Positions 1 through 7,365 of a stretch of 43,634 bases of DNA are shown here, piece after piece; the stretch's first letter is position 1, and every line of letters begins with the position of its first letter. This DNA comes from Candidatus Rokuibacteriota bacterium (lineage in GTDB: Bacteria; JAUVQV01; DATDCY01): assembly GCA_031406795.1 (NCBI GenBank), contig JANOHV010000274.1, forward strand, positions 1 to 43,634, given 5' to 3'. Below the pieces are notes generated by a model, which had not been told where the DNA came from, did no database searches, and was given only the letters and a program-made list of their open reading frames with translations. Both the position numbers and the translations under genes were made by a program.

Positions 1-677
1 CGCGCTGCCTTGGCCTCGGCTTCGGCGATCTCCTGCGCGGCCTTGTCCCCGGCAGCAGCAGCGGCAGCAGCGTCTGTAATGGCCTGTTCCTCGCGTCTGC
101 GGGCCTCGTCCTCTGCCCGGCGCTTGGCCTCCGCTTCCTCGCGGAGCTTCCTCTCGACGCGCTCCTGCTCCTCCCGGGCCTTCTTCGCGGCCTCGTCGGC
201 AATGCGCTTCTGTTCGGTTTCGTAAGCCTGCGCCTTGCTCCACGCGATGTCGGCCGCGCCGGTCCCCTTGCCCGTTGCGGCCGCGATGGCGTAGCGGTAC
301 TGATCGTTCACGAATTTCAGCACCGGATTGATGATCTCGATGTAGCTCTTCCGCTCCTCGTCGGCCCCCTTCCCCGCCAGCTTCGCCCGCTTGACGACCG
401 CCAGCGCCTCGACGTAATCGGCGGGCGTCTCGACAACCAGCGCGACGGCTTCGGCGAGCACGGCCGCGGACTCTTCGGAGCGCACCAGGGCGCCACGCTG
501 GACTTCGGCGAGGACGCCGTACGTCCCGCCGATGAACGGAACGGGCGCTTTCGATGCCTCGTAAGCGTCTCGGTAGACGATGACGGCGAGGGCTTCGGGT
601 GGGGCTTCGATGGTGGTTTCGGGCTCGAACTTCGCCGGCACTTCTCCGACGCCAGCGCGTAACGTTGCAGTGCTCAT
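1..677 (-). CDS. Phage coiled-coil protein, 3' end outside window (not in ORF track)
   Basis: Read by hand. ATG at 677-675 overlaps the nuclease stop (ATGA). MSTATLRAGVGEVPAKFEPETT...DEERKSYIEIINPVLKFVNDQY...EQKRIADEAAKKAREEQERVERKLREEAEAKRR stays open to the window edge. E/K/R/A-rich proteins like this often sit beside phage recombination genes. Confidence 0.75.
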   Translation of the reverse strand, partial: MSTATLRAGVGEVPAKFEPETTIEAPPEALAVIVYRDAYEASKAPVPFIGGTYGVLAEVQRGALVRSEESAAVLAEAVALVVETPADYVEALAVVKRAKLAGKGADEERKSYIEIINPVLKFVNDQYRYAIAAATGKGTGAADIAWSKAQAYETEQKRIADEAAKKAREEQERVERKLREEAEAKRRAEDEARRREEQAITDAAAAAAAGDKAAQEIAEAEAKAA

Positions 678-1231
678 TCTATTTCTCCCTCCCGGAGTGC
701 GGGCCATGACCTTAGCCCGTGATTTATCTCGTAGTACGCGATCCGCAGGTACGCCAAGAAGTCCCGTAGATCGTCTTTTCCCTTGTGCTCGATCAGCTGA
801 TAGGTGCCGTCGGCGGACAGGTGGCAGCATCGGCGCCGCAGCGCGCTACCCCTCGTGCGAACGCATACTTCGTAGGCCGCGAGTTGCAGCCCGTGCCATG
901 CTTCGGGGCCGCCGCACTTCAAGTCCCAAACCTCCCACCGCGCGCCGGCAATCGTGATTATCTTGTCCAGCGTTCCCGTGTAGCCGCGACCACAGACTTT
1001 CTTTTCAGACACGAGCACGGCGGCCCCTGTCTCCCGCTTGCACTTCTCCCACGCCTCGACGTAGCCCCACCACTCCGGCGCCGCCTCACGCACGGCGGGA
1101 GTCATGCGGCCGGTATCGAGGATGTGACAGGCGTCGTGGACCCACTTGCCGCGGTAGAGGGCTTCCTGCGGGACGAATTGCAGGGAGTCGCGGCCGGGGA
1201 GGCAGTCGGTGACGTGGAGGAGGCGAGTCAC
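674..1231 (-). CDS. PD-(D/E)XK-fold phage nuclease, probable exonuclease partner of RecT
   Basis: RGKWVH, VSEKKV, YTGTLD, WDLK, LQLAAY match the E...GxxD...DxK...QLxxY pattern. Lies next to RecT. Confidence 0.8.
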   Translation of the reverse strand: MTRLLHVTDCLPGRDSLQFVPQEALYRGKWVHDACHILDTGRMTPAVREAAPEWWGYVEAWEKCKRETGAAVLVSEKKVCGRGYTGTLDKIITIAGARWEVWDLKCGGPEAWHGLQLAAYEVCVRTRGSALRRRCCHLSADGTYQLIEHKGKDDLRDFLAYLRIAYYEINHGLRSWPALREGEIE

Positions 1232-1419
1232 GGCCGCGCCTCAACTTCTTCCAGGTCGAGGCAGAACACCCCGGCCAGCCACTTGGCGAAGCGCAGGCTG
1301 GCCGTCTCGCAAAGCATCCACGAGCCGTCGGAGAGCTCCTGCGCCCCGACAGTCCGAAACTCGGAGGTTTGTACCCGGCACGAACCGTCTCGGCGGTCGT
1401 ACAGCAGAACGCGGCGCAT
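1228..1419 (-). CDS. Small phage hypothetical protein (63 aa, MRRVLLYDRRDG...)
   Basis: ATG 7 nt after the RecT stop; its stop overlaps the GTG of the next gene. Confidence 0.55.
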   Translation of the reverse strand: MRRVLLYDRRDGSCRVQTSEFRTVGAQELSDGSWMLCETASLRFAKWLAGVFCLDLEEVEARP

Positions 1420-1426
1420 CGGACCC

Positions 1427-2431
1427 CTACTCCCCGCCCTGCTGCCCGCGATACTCGCCGCGCAACTGGTCCCGTAGCTGCTCCAACTTCCCGGCCTTCG
1501 CGTGGACCTTGATCCCCTGCGCGATGTCGGCGGCGGGCTTGCCCAGGCATTCGCCAAGCTCGCGGATCTCGTCTTCGATGGTGCGCTCCGGTTCGGCTTC
1601 TGGCTCGCCGCCTTCCTGCGGATCGGCACCCGCCCCCGCCTCGCCGGCAACGATCACCGTGGGCATCAGGGGCAGCGTCGGCAGCATGTCTATCGCGCCG
1701 TAGTCCGTCAGGTTCTCGCGCTCGATCACCTCCGCGACCTCGGTTGAAATCGGCAGGCGCTTGCCGCCGCGCTTCAACACGGTCTTGCGGAACATCTCCC
1801 CCTCGTCGGTGTCCCACGGGGTTTTGAACTTGAACTTCTCGCCGGCCTGCACCGCCTGGCTGCGCCCCTTGATCTTCAGGATCTCTGCGCGCGTCATCCA
1901 CTCGCGTTCCTTCTGCCCGCTCTTGAGCTCCGCGACCATGTAGGCCCCGATCAGCTCGCCGGGATCTCCGCTCACGGTCGGCTCGTGTTCGATGTGCGGC
2001 GAGTCCCCCAGAGAGATCGAGAACTTATCGTTCTTGTGGACCGCGTAGGCGTTGACGCTGCCGACCTCTTCGGAGCGACGGATCAGGGCGAGCAGGCCCT
2101 TGTAACCGAGCTGGAACTGCACTTCCATCTTCTTCGTCTTGCCGTTGTAGTAGGGGATCAGGTAGGCCAGGCCAAGCGGCGAGTTCGGCTCAAGGCCCAG
2201 CTCCACGCACTGCATGAACGCGAGGAGGAAGGACTCCTTTGTGCATTCGACCAGCTTCGGGTTCTTGCTCACGGCGACGATTGCCAGCTTGACCATGCGC
2301 TCCGGCGACAGCGCGCGCGGGATGATCTGCGCGATCGCGTCTTTCTGGAGGCTCAGGATCGAGCGGAATGAATCGAGCGGTGTCTCCGGCTTCTTTGCAA
2401 CTGCGGTCGTTCCTTCGTTGTTAATGATCAA
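1427..2431 (-). CDS. recT: RecT-family single-strand annealing recombinase
   Basis: PKLVECTKESF, LGLEPNSPLGLAYLIPY, QFQLGYKGLLALIRRS, IGAYMVAELKSG, PWDTDEGEMFRKTVLKR...KRLPIS are RecT motifs. Confidence 0.93.
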   Translation of the reverse strand: MIINNEGTTAVAKKPETPLDSFRSILSLQKDAIAQIIPRALSPERMVKLAIVAVSKNPKLVECTKESFLLAFMQCVELGLEPNSPLGLAYLIPYYNGKTKKMEVQFQLGYKGLLALIRRSEEVGSVNAYAVHKNDKFSISLGDSPHIEHEPTVSGDPGELIGAYMVAELKSGQKEREWMTRAEILKIKGRSQAVQAGEKFKFKTPWDTDEGEMFRKTVLKRGGKRLPISTEVAEVIERENLTDYGAIDMLPTLPLMPTVIVAGEAGAGADPQEGGEPEAEPERTIEDEIRELGECLGKPAADIAQGIKVHAKAGKLEQLRDQLRGEYRGQQGGE

Positions 2432-2799
2432 TTCCCTCCCTTGTTATTCGTTGCCACCCGCGCCGGCACCTTCTCCAGCACGCTCCTGACCGTCCACTGC
2501 TCCCCACGGATCACCACCACCATCGGCGGCCCCCACACCAGCCGATTGCCGACCGACGGGACGCCAGGGTCCGCAGCCGCGCCAATGTCGGCAAGTAGCG
2601 CATCGCGCTCAGTCCGGACTGCGAGGTACTCCCCGGCCGCGCCGAGGACGACGAGCGCCAGGCCGACGACGGCCGCGAGGACGATCACGAGCACCAGCAG
2701 CCGGCGCGCCCAACGCGGGAGCGTGCGGCGAAGGGCGGGCAACTGCGGCTTGCGCCGGGGCGCGTAGTCGTCGAGGACGCTGCAGGTTGCGCCGTTCAC
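2428..2799 (-). CDS. Phage membrane-anchored hypothetical protein
   Basis: One hydrophobic segment (LLVLVIVLAAVVGLALVVLGAAG); overlaps its neighbours by 4 nt on both sides. Confidence 0.6.
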   Translation of the reverse strand: MNGATCSVLDDYAPRRKPQLPALRRTLPRWARRLLVLVIVLAAVVGLALVVLGAAGEYLAVRTERDALLADIGAAADPGVPSVGNRLVWGPPMVVVIRGEQWTVRSVLEKVPARVATNNKGGN

Positions 2800-3308
2800 A
2801 TCTGACTCCCACCAACGGCCACGTTGTAGCCGCCGTCGCTGTCACGCTCGATCACCTGACGCCCGCCGTGATCGCTGCCGCCCATCGTCAGCGCGATCCC
2901 CGGCGCGATCGGGACGTTGACGCCGGGGAGGGTTGGCGTGCGGCTGGCGGCGCGATTCGGCGAGCAGCCAACGATTGCCATGAGCTTGTAGGTATTCCGC
3001 GTCTCGCCGCTGTTCATCGCCAGCAGGTATTCCGCCAGAGTGCGCACGTCGTGTTGCAGTTGGAGCACAGCCTCACTCGGGACAGCCTCCGCGACCTTCG
3101 CCGGCCGCTTGATCCCGAGCGCGCGCCGGGCGTGGTTCGCGTTCGATTCGGCGACGACGAACTTCAGTTCTTCGGACGCCTTCGCCGCGATCTGCTTCCC
3201 CGTCGCGGTCGCGCACCACTTCGGGGATTCCTCGATCCAGTGATAGAGGCGGGCTGCCTGTCCCTGGGTTAACGAATTGTTGCGGCGTTTGACTTTCGGA
3301 TCATCCAT
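2796..3308 (-). CDS. Phage hypothetical protein, possibly HTH-like (MDDPKVKRRNN...)
   Basis: GGAGGA Shine-Dalgarno before ATG 3308; stop overlaps the next start. Confidence 0.6.
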   Translation of the reverse strand: MDDPKVKRRNNSLTQGQAARLYHWIEESPKWCATATGKQIAAKASEELKFVVAESNANHARRALGIKRPAKVAEAVPSEAVLQLQHDVRTLAEYLLAMNSGETRNTYKLMAIVGCSPNRAASRTPTLPGVNVPIAPGIALTMGGSDHGGRQVIERDSDGGYNVAVGGSQM

Positions 3309-3310
3309 CG

Positions 3311-3580
3311 CTACATTTCCTCCTGCTGGTTGTGGTTGCGGCCTCGGGTGTTCACGCACTCGGGGCCGTTCTGTTTCCCGGAGGGCGCGCCGTCTTTATC
3401 AACGCCCCCCTCTGCTCCAGCCGGGCCAGGAGTTTTGTTCTCGACGTTGTTTTCCTGCTGCCCGCCGCTCCTGCCTGTCGTCGCTCCGGGCGGAACGCTG
3501 TCCACGACATACGGTGCGGCGGGGGTGCTCAGCTCATCGGTGATCGCGGCCTTCTCCGCGCGTGGTTGAAATTCGTTCAC
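3311..3580 (-). CDS. Low-complexity phage hypothetical protein (GTG start)
   Basis: GTGA overlap with the MTase stop; fills the gap to the next gene. Confidence 0.4.
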   Translation of the reverse strand: MNEFQPRAEKAAITDELSTPAAPYVVDSVPPGATTGRSGGQQENNVENKTPGPAGAEGGVDKDGAPSGKQNGPECVNTRGRNHNQQEEM

Positions 3581-4611
3581 AGCGCGAGCCTCTGCTGCCG
3601 CTGCCCGGTCAGGCAATGCGGCGAGAACCAGATGCGCTCCCGGTACTTGTTCCCGTTGTCGCCCTTCTTTTTCTGCGACGAATACCCGCCAGCCGCTTTC
3701 CACGCCACGCACTCCCACGAGGCCGGCATTTCGTGCTCGCCTTCGTAGCCGCACAGCGCGATTCTCAGCAGTGGGTTGTCGCCGTTGTCGCGCGCCCACG
3801 CGGCCACGTCGTGCGCCACTTCGCGGCAATCCTCCGTGTACGTCTCCGCGCGATCTTTCGACGGGTACGGCGGATCAAGGAACACGCCCGTGATGCCGTG
3901 GCGCTCCGTCACGCTCGGCGTCAGCACGCGCGACCAGTCGCCGCAGGCCACACGCACGTTTCGCAGCCGATCCGCGAGAGCTTGGAAATACTCGCCGATA
4001 GCGTCGCGCTTCCGGTTGATGCCCTGGCCGGCGTCGCCCAGGTGCGGGAGCTGCCGGTTGATGCCCTTCCCTGCGTCGCCGAGGTGCGGGAGCTGCCGGT
4101 TGATGCCATGGCCGGCGTTGCCGAGCGTATGTATTCCGCGCGCTGACATTTCCGGCAGTCGCGGATGCGCCAGCTTCCCGTCGGCGAACGCTGCGCCCCA
4201 TGACGACTTGCCAGCGCACCACCCGGAGCCGATCCATGAGCACAGGCCCCACGCCCACCACCCGGCGACCTTCGCGTCGTAGAAATCGGGGTCGGCTTTC
4301 ATCCTCACGCGAAAGTCCTCCCGGTTTACCAGCCACAAATGCCGCGCCTCAAGATCGCACTCATTCACCGGCCAATCGGCCCACGACGCCACGGCGGCGG
4401 GATCGTTCTTGATCGCCCGCCAGAAATTCGAGAGGAAGCAATCCAGGTCGTTGACGGTTTCGGTTTTCGGCGGGGACGGGCGGCCGAGTAGAACCGCGAG
4501 CGATCCGGCGAACGGCTCGACGTAGTTTGGTGCGACGCCGAACGCATCCCAGATAATGCAGGCAGCGCGTGACTTGCCGCCGAAGTAGGGAAACGGAGCC
4601 TTGAGCGTCAT
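3577..4611 (-). CDS. Dam/D12-class N6-adenine DNA methyltransferase (phage orphan)
   Basis: PFPYFGGKSR, YVEPFAGSLAV, VNDLD, VFLDPPY motifs. ATG 4611 overlaps the upstream stop. Confidence 0.92.
   Translation of the reverse strand: MTLKAPFPYFGGKSRAACIIWDAFGVAPNYVEPFAGSLAVLLGRPSPPKTETVNDLDCFLSNFWRAIKNDPAAVASWADWPVNECDLEARHLWLVNREDFRVRMKADPDFYDAKVAGWWAWGLCSWIGSGWCAGKSSWGAAFADGKLAHPRLPEMSARGIHTLGNAGHGINRQLPHLGDAGKGINRQLPHLGDAGQGINRKRDAIGEYFQALADRLRNVRVACGDWSRVLTPSVTERHGITGVFLDPPYPSKDRAETYTEDCREVAHDVAAWARDNGDNPLLRIALCGYEGEHEMPASWECVAWKAAGGYSSQKKKGDNGNKYRERIWFSPHCLTGQRQQRLAL
4012..4125. repeat. In-frame 42-bp tandem repeat (~2.7 copies) in the MTase
   Basis: ccggttgatgcc recurs at 4012, 4054 and 4096; encodes LGNAGHG-INRQLPHLGDAGKG-INRQLPHLGDAGQG-INR. 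Confidence 0.95.
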
Positions 4612-4769
4612 TTCTTGCACGCCTGACTCAGCGCAAGCAGCGCGTTCTCGACAAACCGCAGCGCCGGGGCCTTGCTGCCGTAGCCGTCCGGCTGGTGCTC
4701 GGCACGGAGGGCCGCGCGGGCTTCCTCAAGGTGCGAAGCGGCGGCGCGGATGTGGTCGTTGACGGTCAT
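4608..4769 (-). CDS. Small phage protein, 53 aa (not in ORF track)
   Basis: MTVNDHIRAAASHLEEARAALRAEHQPDGYGSKAPALRFVENALLALSQACKK; ATGA overlaps at both ends. Confidence 0.7.
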   Translation of the reverse strand: MTVNDHIRAAASHLEEARAALRAEHQPDGYGSKAPALRFVENALLALSQACKK

Positions 4770-5224
4770 GGCTTCACCGCCGCCTTCACAGCCTCAACCA
4801 GCGCCATGATCTCGCGGACGGCCTCGAGGGCTTCGCGCTCCACGACTTCGGCCTCCCGGCGCGTCACCTTGCCGTCAGCGATTGCAGCCCCGGCGGCGCT
4901 GGCGGTCTCGCCGAACTCCTTGACGACGCGGCAGGTTTGCAGGGCCAGCTCCCGCGTGCCCGCGGTCCCGCTCGGCAGCGCGATCGCCACGCGGCCGACT
5001 GCGGCCTCGAGGTAATCGAGCACCTGATAGTCGCCAGTCGAGCGCACCAGCGGAATCAGCAGATCGAGCGGGAAGCGGCACCCGGTCGCCGTCTCGCCCT
5101 CGCACGGAAGCGCGGCGCGGTAGAGGTAGCTCGAGGAAATGCCCAGGTCGTCGGCGATCTGCGGGACGGACTTCGCCGGGTGACGGTGGATCGTGGCGTG
5201 AAGGTGGGTCTTCAGGTCGGTCAT
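4766..5224 (-). CDS. Phage regulatory protein, CII (CP76)-like
   Basis: GGAGG RBS. IADDLGISSSYLY HTH, FPLDLLIPLVRSTGDYQVLDYL, VKEFGE, AIADGKVTRRE resemble phage 186/P2-type CII proteins. Confidence 0.8.
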   Translation of the reverse strand: MTDLKTHLHATIHRHPAKSVPQIADDLGISSSYLYRAALPCEGETATGCRFPLDLLIPLVRSTGDYQVLDYLEAAVGRVAIALPSGTAGTRELALQTCRVVKEFGETASAAGAAIADGKVTRREAEVVEREALEAVREIMALVEAVKAAVKP

Positions 5225-5256
5225 CTGAAAATTCCTCCGCAAGTCTTTAGTAGCCG

Positions 5257-5523
5257 TCACGCAGTGCGCCGGGTAGATTCGGAGGTATGAATCCCAGCAG
5301 CCGCGCACTCCGCGCACCACCACAGCGCCCGCCCCGTGAGCCCCGTGCGCGTGTCGGGAGGCGCGAGCGTCTGCCGGGTGCCGGGTGCGTGCATGACGAG
5401 CTGGCGGCCGCAGCCCTCGCACGGCGCGGTGTAGCTCGAGGGCTCGACGGGCAGGCGTCGGGGCGGGGAGAACGGGCCGATGGGGATGATGCCCCAGCCG
5501 CTGGTGTAGCGGGTCAGGGCCAT
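5257..5523 (-). CDS. Small phage protein with two CxxC pairs (putative Zn finger)
   Basis: CEGC...CAEC; ATG immediately after the upstream TAG, preceded by GGAGGG. Confidence 0.55.
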   Translation of the reverse strand: MALTRYTSGWGIIPIGPFSPPRRLPVEPSSYTAPCEGCGRQLVMHAPGTRQTLAPPDTRTGLTGRALWWCAECAAAGIHTSESTRRTA

Positions 5524-5673
5524 CTATCGGCCCTCCTGGCTCGCGAGGGCGTGCTCGGCGTCGGGGCGGGGCTGGAACTGCTCAGGGTAAAAGTAGTGCT
5601 CGGCGCACGGCACGAACACCTCGGGCGCGGTGTCGGTCGCGGGGGCGAGGAGGCAACCGCAGATGAGGGTCAT
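5524..5673 (-). CDS. Small phage protein, 49 aa (not in ORF track)
   Basis: MTLICGCLLAPATDTAPEVFVPCAEHYFYPEQFQPRPDAEHALASQEGR; starts 3 nt after the previous stop and abuts the next ATG. CxC...CxxH could bind metal. Confidence 0.55.
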   Translation of the reverse strand: MTLICGCLLAPATDTAPEVFVPCAEHYFYPEQFQPRPDAEHALASQEGR

Positions 5674-5676
5674 GGG

Positions 5677-5883
5677 CTAGGCCACCCGCGCCGCGGACTT
5701 GTTCCCGCGGTTCGCCAGCCACCGATCGAGCGCGGCCGTCGTGTAGAGCACCCGGCGACCCTTGCGGCCGGCGCCGATCGCGGGAGTGATGCCGCGGGCC
5801 TGCAGGTCTTTGAAGTGGCAGTAGCTCAGACGGGAATAGGCTGCGGCCTCGCGGGTGGTCAGGTAGGGGGATGCGGTCGGCAT
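5677..5883 (-). CDS. Excisionase-like HTH (HTH_17/MerR-type) protein
   Basis: YLTTREAAAY...GRRVLYTTAALDRWL, the typical Xis/AlpA-like pattern. Confidence 0.8.
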   Translation of the reverse strand: MPTASPYLTTREAAAYSRLSYCHFKDLQARGITPAIGAGRKGRRVLYTTAALDRWLANRGNKSAARVA

Positions 5884-5886
5884 GGC

Positions 5887-6255
5887 CTAGGCCACCAGTC
5901 GCCGCAGGTCGTCTTCGTTCTTGATCTTGCCGGCGTTGATGCCGCGGGCGGCCAGGGCGTCGACCAGGGCGCGCACGATCTGCGACCGATCCAGGACGAC
6001 GCCGGTAACGTCCCGGGCGTCGGCGGCGAGCCGGTCAAGGTAGCCGACCTGCTGGTTCGACAAAACGAGGCACGTTCTCTTTCCGGCACTCCTCGGATAG
6101 ACGCCGTCGCGTCTGCGCAGTTCTGCGTCCGCAGCTCCGTGACATTTAGAGCAAAGCCTCTCAATATTTCCGGCGACGTACTCGCCGCCCATCCGCCCGG
6201 GAACCAGGCGGTGCTTGTGCGTCCTCCCGTCTTTCCCGCAATGCGAGCAGATCAT
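5887..6255 (-). CDS. HNH-like Zn-binding domain fused to a ribbon-helix-helix-like domain
   Basis: CSHC...HRLVPGRMGG...GNIERLCSKCH, then RTCLVLSNQQVGYLDRLA...DRSQIVRALVD. Confidence 0.65.
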   Translation of the reverse strand: MICSHCGKDGRTHKHRLVPGRMGGEYVAGNIERLCSKCHGAADAELRRRDGVYPRSAGKRTCLVLSNQQVGYLDRLAADARDVTGVVLDRSQIVRALVDALAARGINAGKIKNEDDLRRLVA

Positions 6256-6258
6256 GGT

Positions 6259-6513
6259 CTATGCAACCTCCTGTATGGCCTGGCGTTCGGTTCTCGGCTT
6301 GCGTCCGCGGGCGTCCGGCCAGATCCGAGACTCAGGCCAGCCGAGTGCCGCGGCGATGGCGGCGCGCAACCGAGGGGAGCGTGATCGGCCTTGGAAGACG
6401 AAACCCACGGCTTGTTCGGTGACGCCGAGCGTGGCGGCGATGGTCTTGTTCGTCACGCCCCGCTCGATTTTGCGAATCATGATCTCGGCTGGGCTGGCTT
6501 GCGTTCTGCTCAC
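6259..6513 (-). CDS. Cro/Ner-like HTH regulator
   Basis: RGVTNKTIAATLGVTEQAV...RSPRLRAAIAAALGWPESRIWP (Ner-like AIAxxLG...IWP); divergent from cI; GGGAGGG RBS. Confidence 0.85.
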   Translation of the reverse strand: MSRTQASPAEIMIRKIERGVTNKTIAATLGVTEQAVGFVFQGRSRSPRLRAAIAAALGWPESRIWPDARGRKPRTERQAIQEVA

Positions 6514-6548
6514 GGCTGTTTTACCCTCCCGCTATGTGTTGTGAATGG

Positions 6549-6577
6549 AATATATTCGGCGTCACCGAAAAAGTCAA
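6549..6577 (-). promoter_or_regulatory. Sigma70-type lytic promoter driving the cro operon
   Basis: Minus strand TTGACT (6577-6572), 17 bp, TATATT (6554-6549), in an AT-rich island. Confidence 0.85.
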
Positions 6578-6600
6578 TAGGAAAATTCGGCATGACCGAA
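6555..6600. promoter_or_regulatory. Two palindromic operators TTCGG-N5-CCGAA
   Basis: ttcggcgtcaccgaa (6555-6569) and ttcggcatgaccgaa (6586-6600), 31 bp apart. The first fills the promoter spacer; the second covers the cI ATG. Confidence 0.8.
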
Positions 6601-7365
6601 AATAGTTTCGGGAGCCGTGTAAAGGCCGCGAGAAAGGGAAAGAAATTGACCCTTCAGGCGATGGCCGACAAAATCGGAACGTCGGCAGGGTACCTACACG
6701 ACCTCGAGGGAGACAAGAACCGGCCTGGGGTTGATGTGCTGACAGCCATCGCCCGCGCCCTCAACGTCAGCACCGACTACCTTCTGACCGGCCACGACCC
6801 GCCCGCGTGCCTCTCCCCCGACGAACTCCCGCAGCCCGTCGTCCGCTTCGTCTCCTCGCTCGAGCAGGCCGCGGCCGCAGCTGGCCAGCGCACTGAGGAC
6901 TTCCGCGCCGTCCCTCTGGTCGAGGACGCGGTGGCCGCCGGAGCTGCCCGGGTGATGTCCGACCAGGTCGAGGGGTGGGCGTGGGTCTACGGCCCGCTGC
7001 TCGGTCGCCGGTCCAACCTGGTGGCCGTCCGGATCGCCGGGGACAGCATGGCGCCAGTGCTCCCTCCGGGCTCGGTCGCCGTCGTTGACCGCGGGGACCG
7101 ACGCATCACCTCGCGCGGGGCCTACCTGGTGCGCCAGGACGGCGGCTGCACGGTGAAGTACCTCGAGCTCGACGGTCACGAGCTGGTGTTGATCCCGGAG
7201 AACCGGGCGCACCGGGAGACCCGGGTGACGGTCGCCGACTGCCAGGAGACGCCGGTTGTCGGGCGCGTGGTGTGGTCGTGGACCTCGTGGGCACCGCCGA
7301 ATCCCGACGAGGACGCGGGGACGGCGGCAGAGAAGCGCGAGCGATACCGCGCCGGGAAACGATGA
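6592..7365 (+). CDS. CI-like repressor (XRE HTH plus S24 autopeptidase)
   Basis: FGSRVKAARKGKKLTLQAMADKIGTSAGYLHDLE...LNVSTDYLLTG; cleavage site VAAG; catalytic GDSM and TVK. Start moved from 6391 to 6592. Confidence 0.93.
   Translation: MTENSFGSRVKAARKGKKLTLQAMADKIGTSAGYLHDLEGDKNRPGVDVLTAIARALNVSTDYLLTGHDPPACLSPDELPQPVVRFVSSLEQAAAAAGQRTEDFRAVPLVEDAVAAGAARVMSDQVEGWAWVYGPLLGRRSNLVAVRIAGDSMAPVLPPGSVAVVDRGDRRITSRGAYLVRQDGGCTVKYLELDGHELVLIPENRAHRETRVTVADCQETPVVGRVVWSWTSWAPPNPDEDAGTAAEKRERYRAGKR

Noticed and set aside
674-1231. Cas4 / CRISPR adaptation gene
   Set aside because: Lacks the Cas4 four-Cys Fe-S arrangement, has no cas context, and sits beside RecT.
3577-6255. Restriction-modification pair (MTase plus HNH)
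   Set aside because: The genes are separated by five ORFs in a lytic early operon and the HNH domain is minimal; an orphan phage MTase is more parsimonious.
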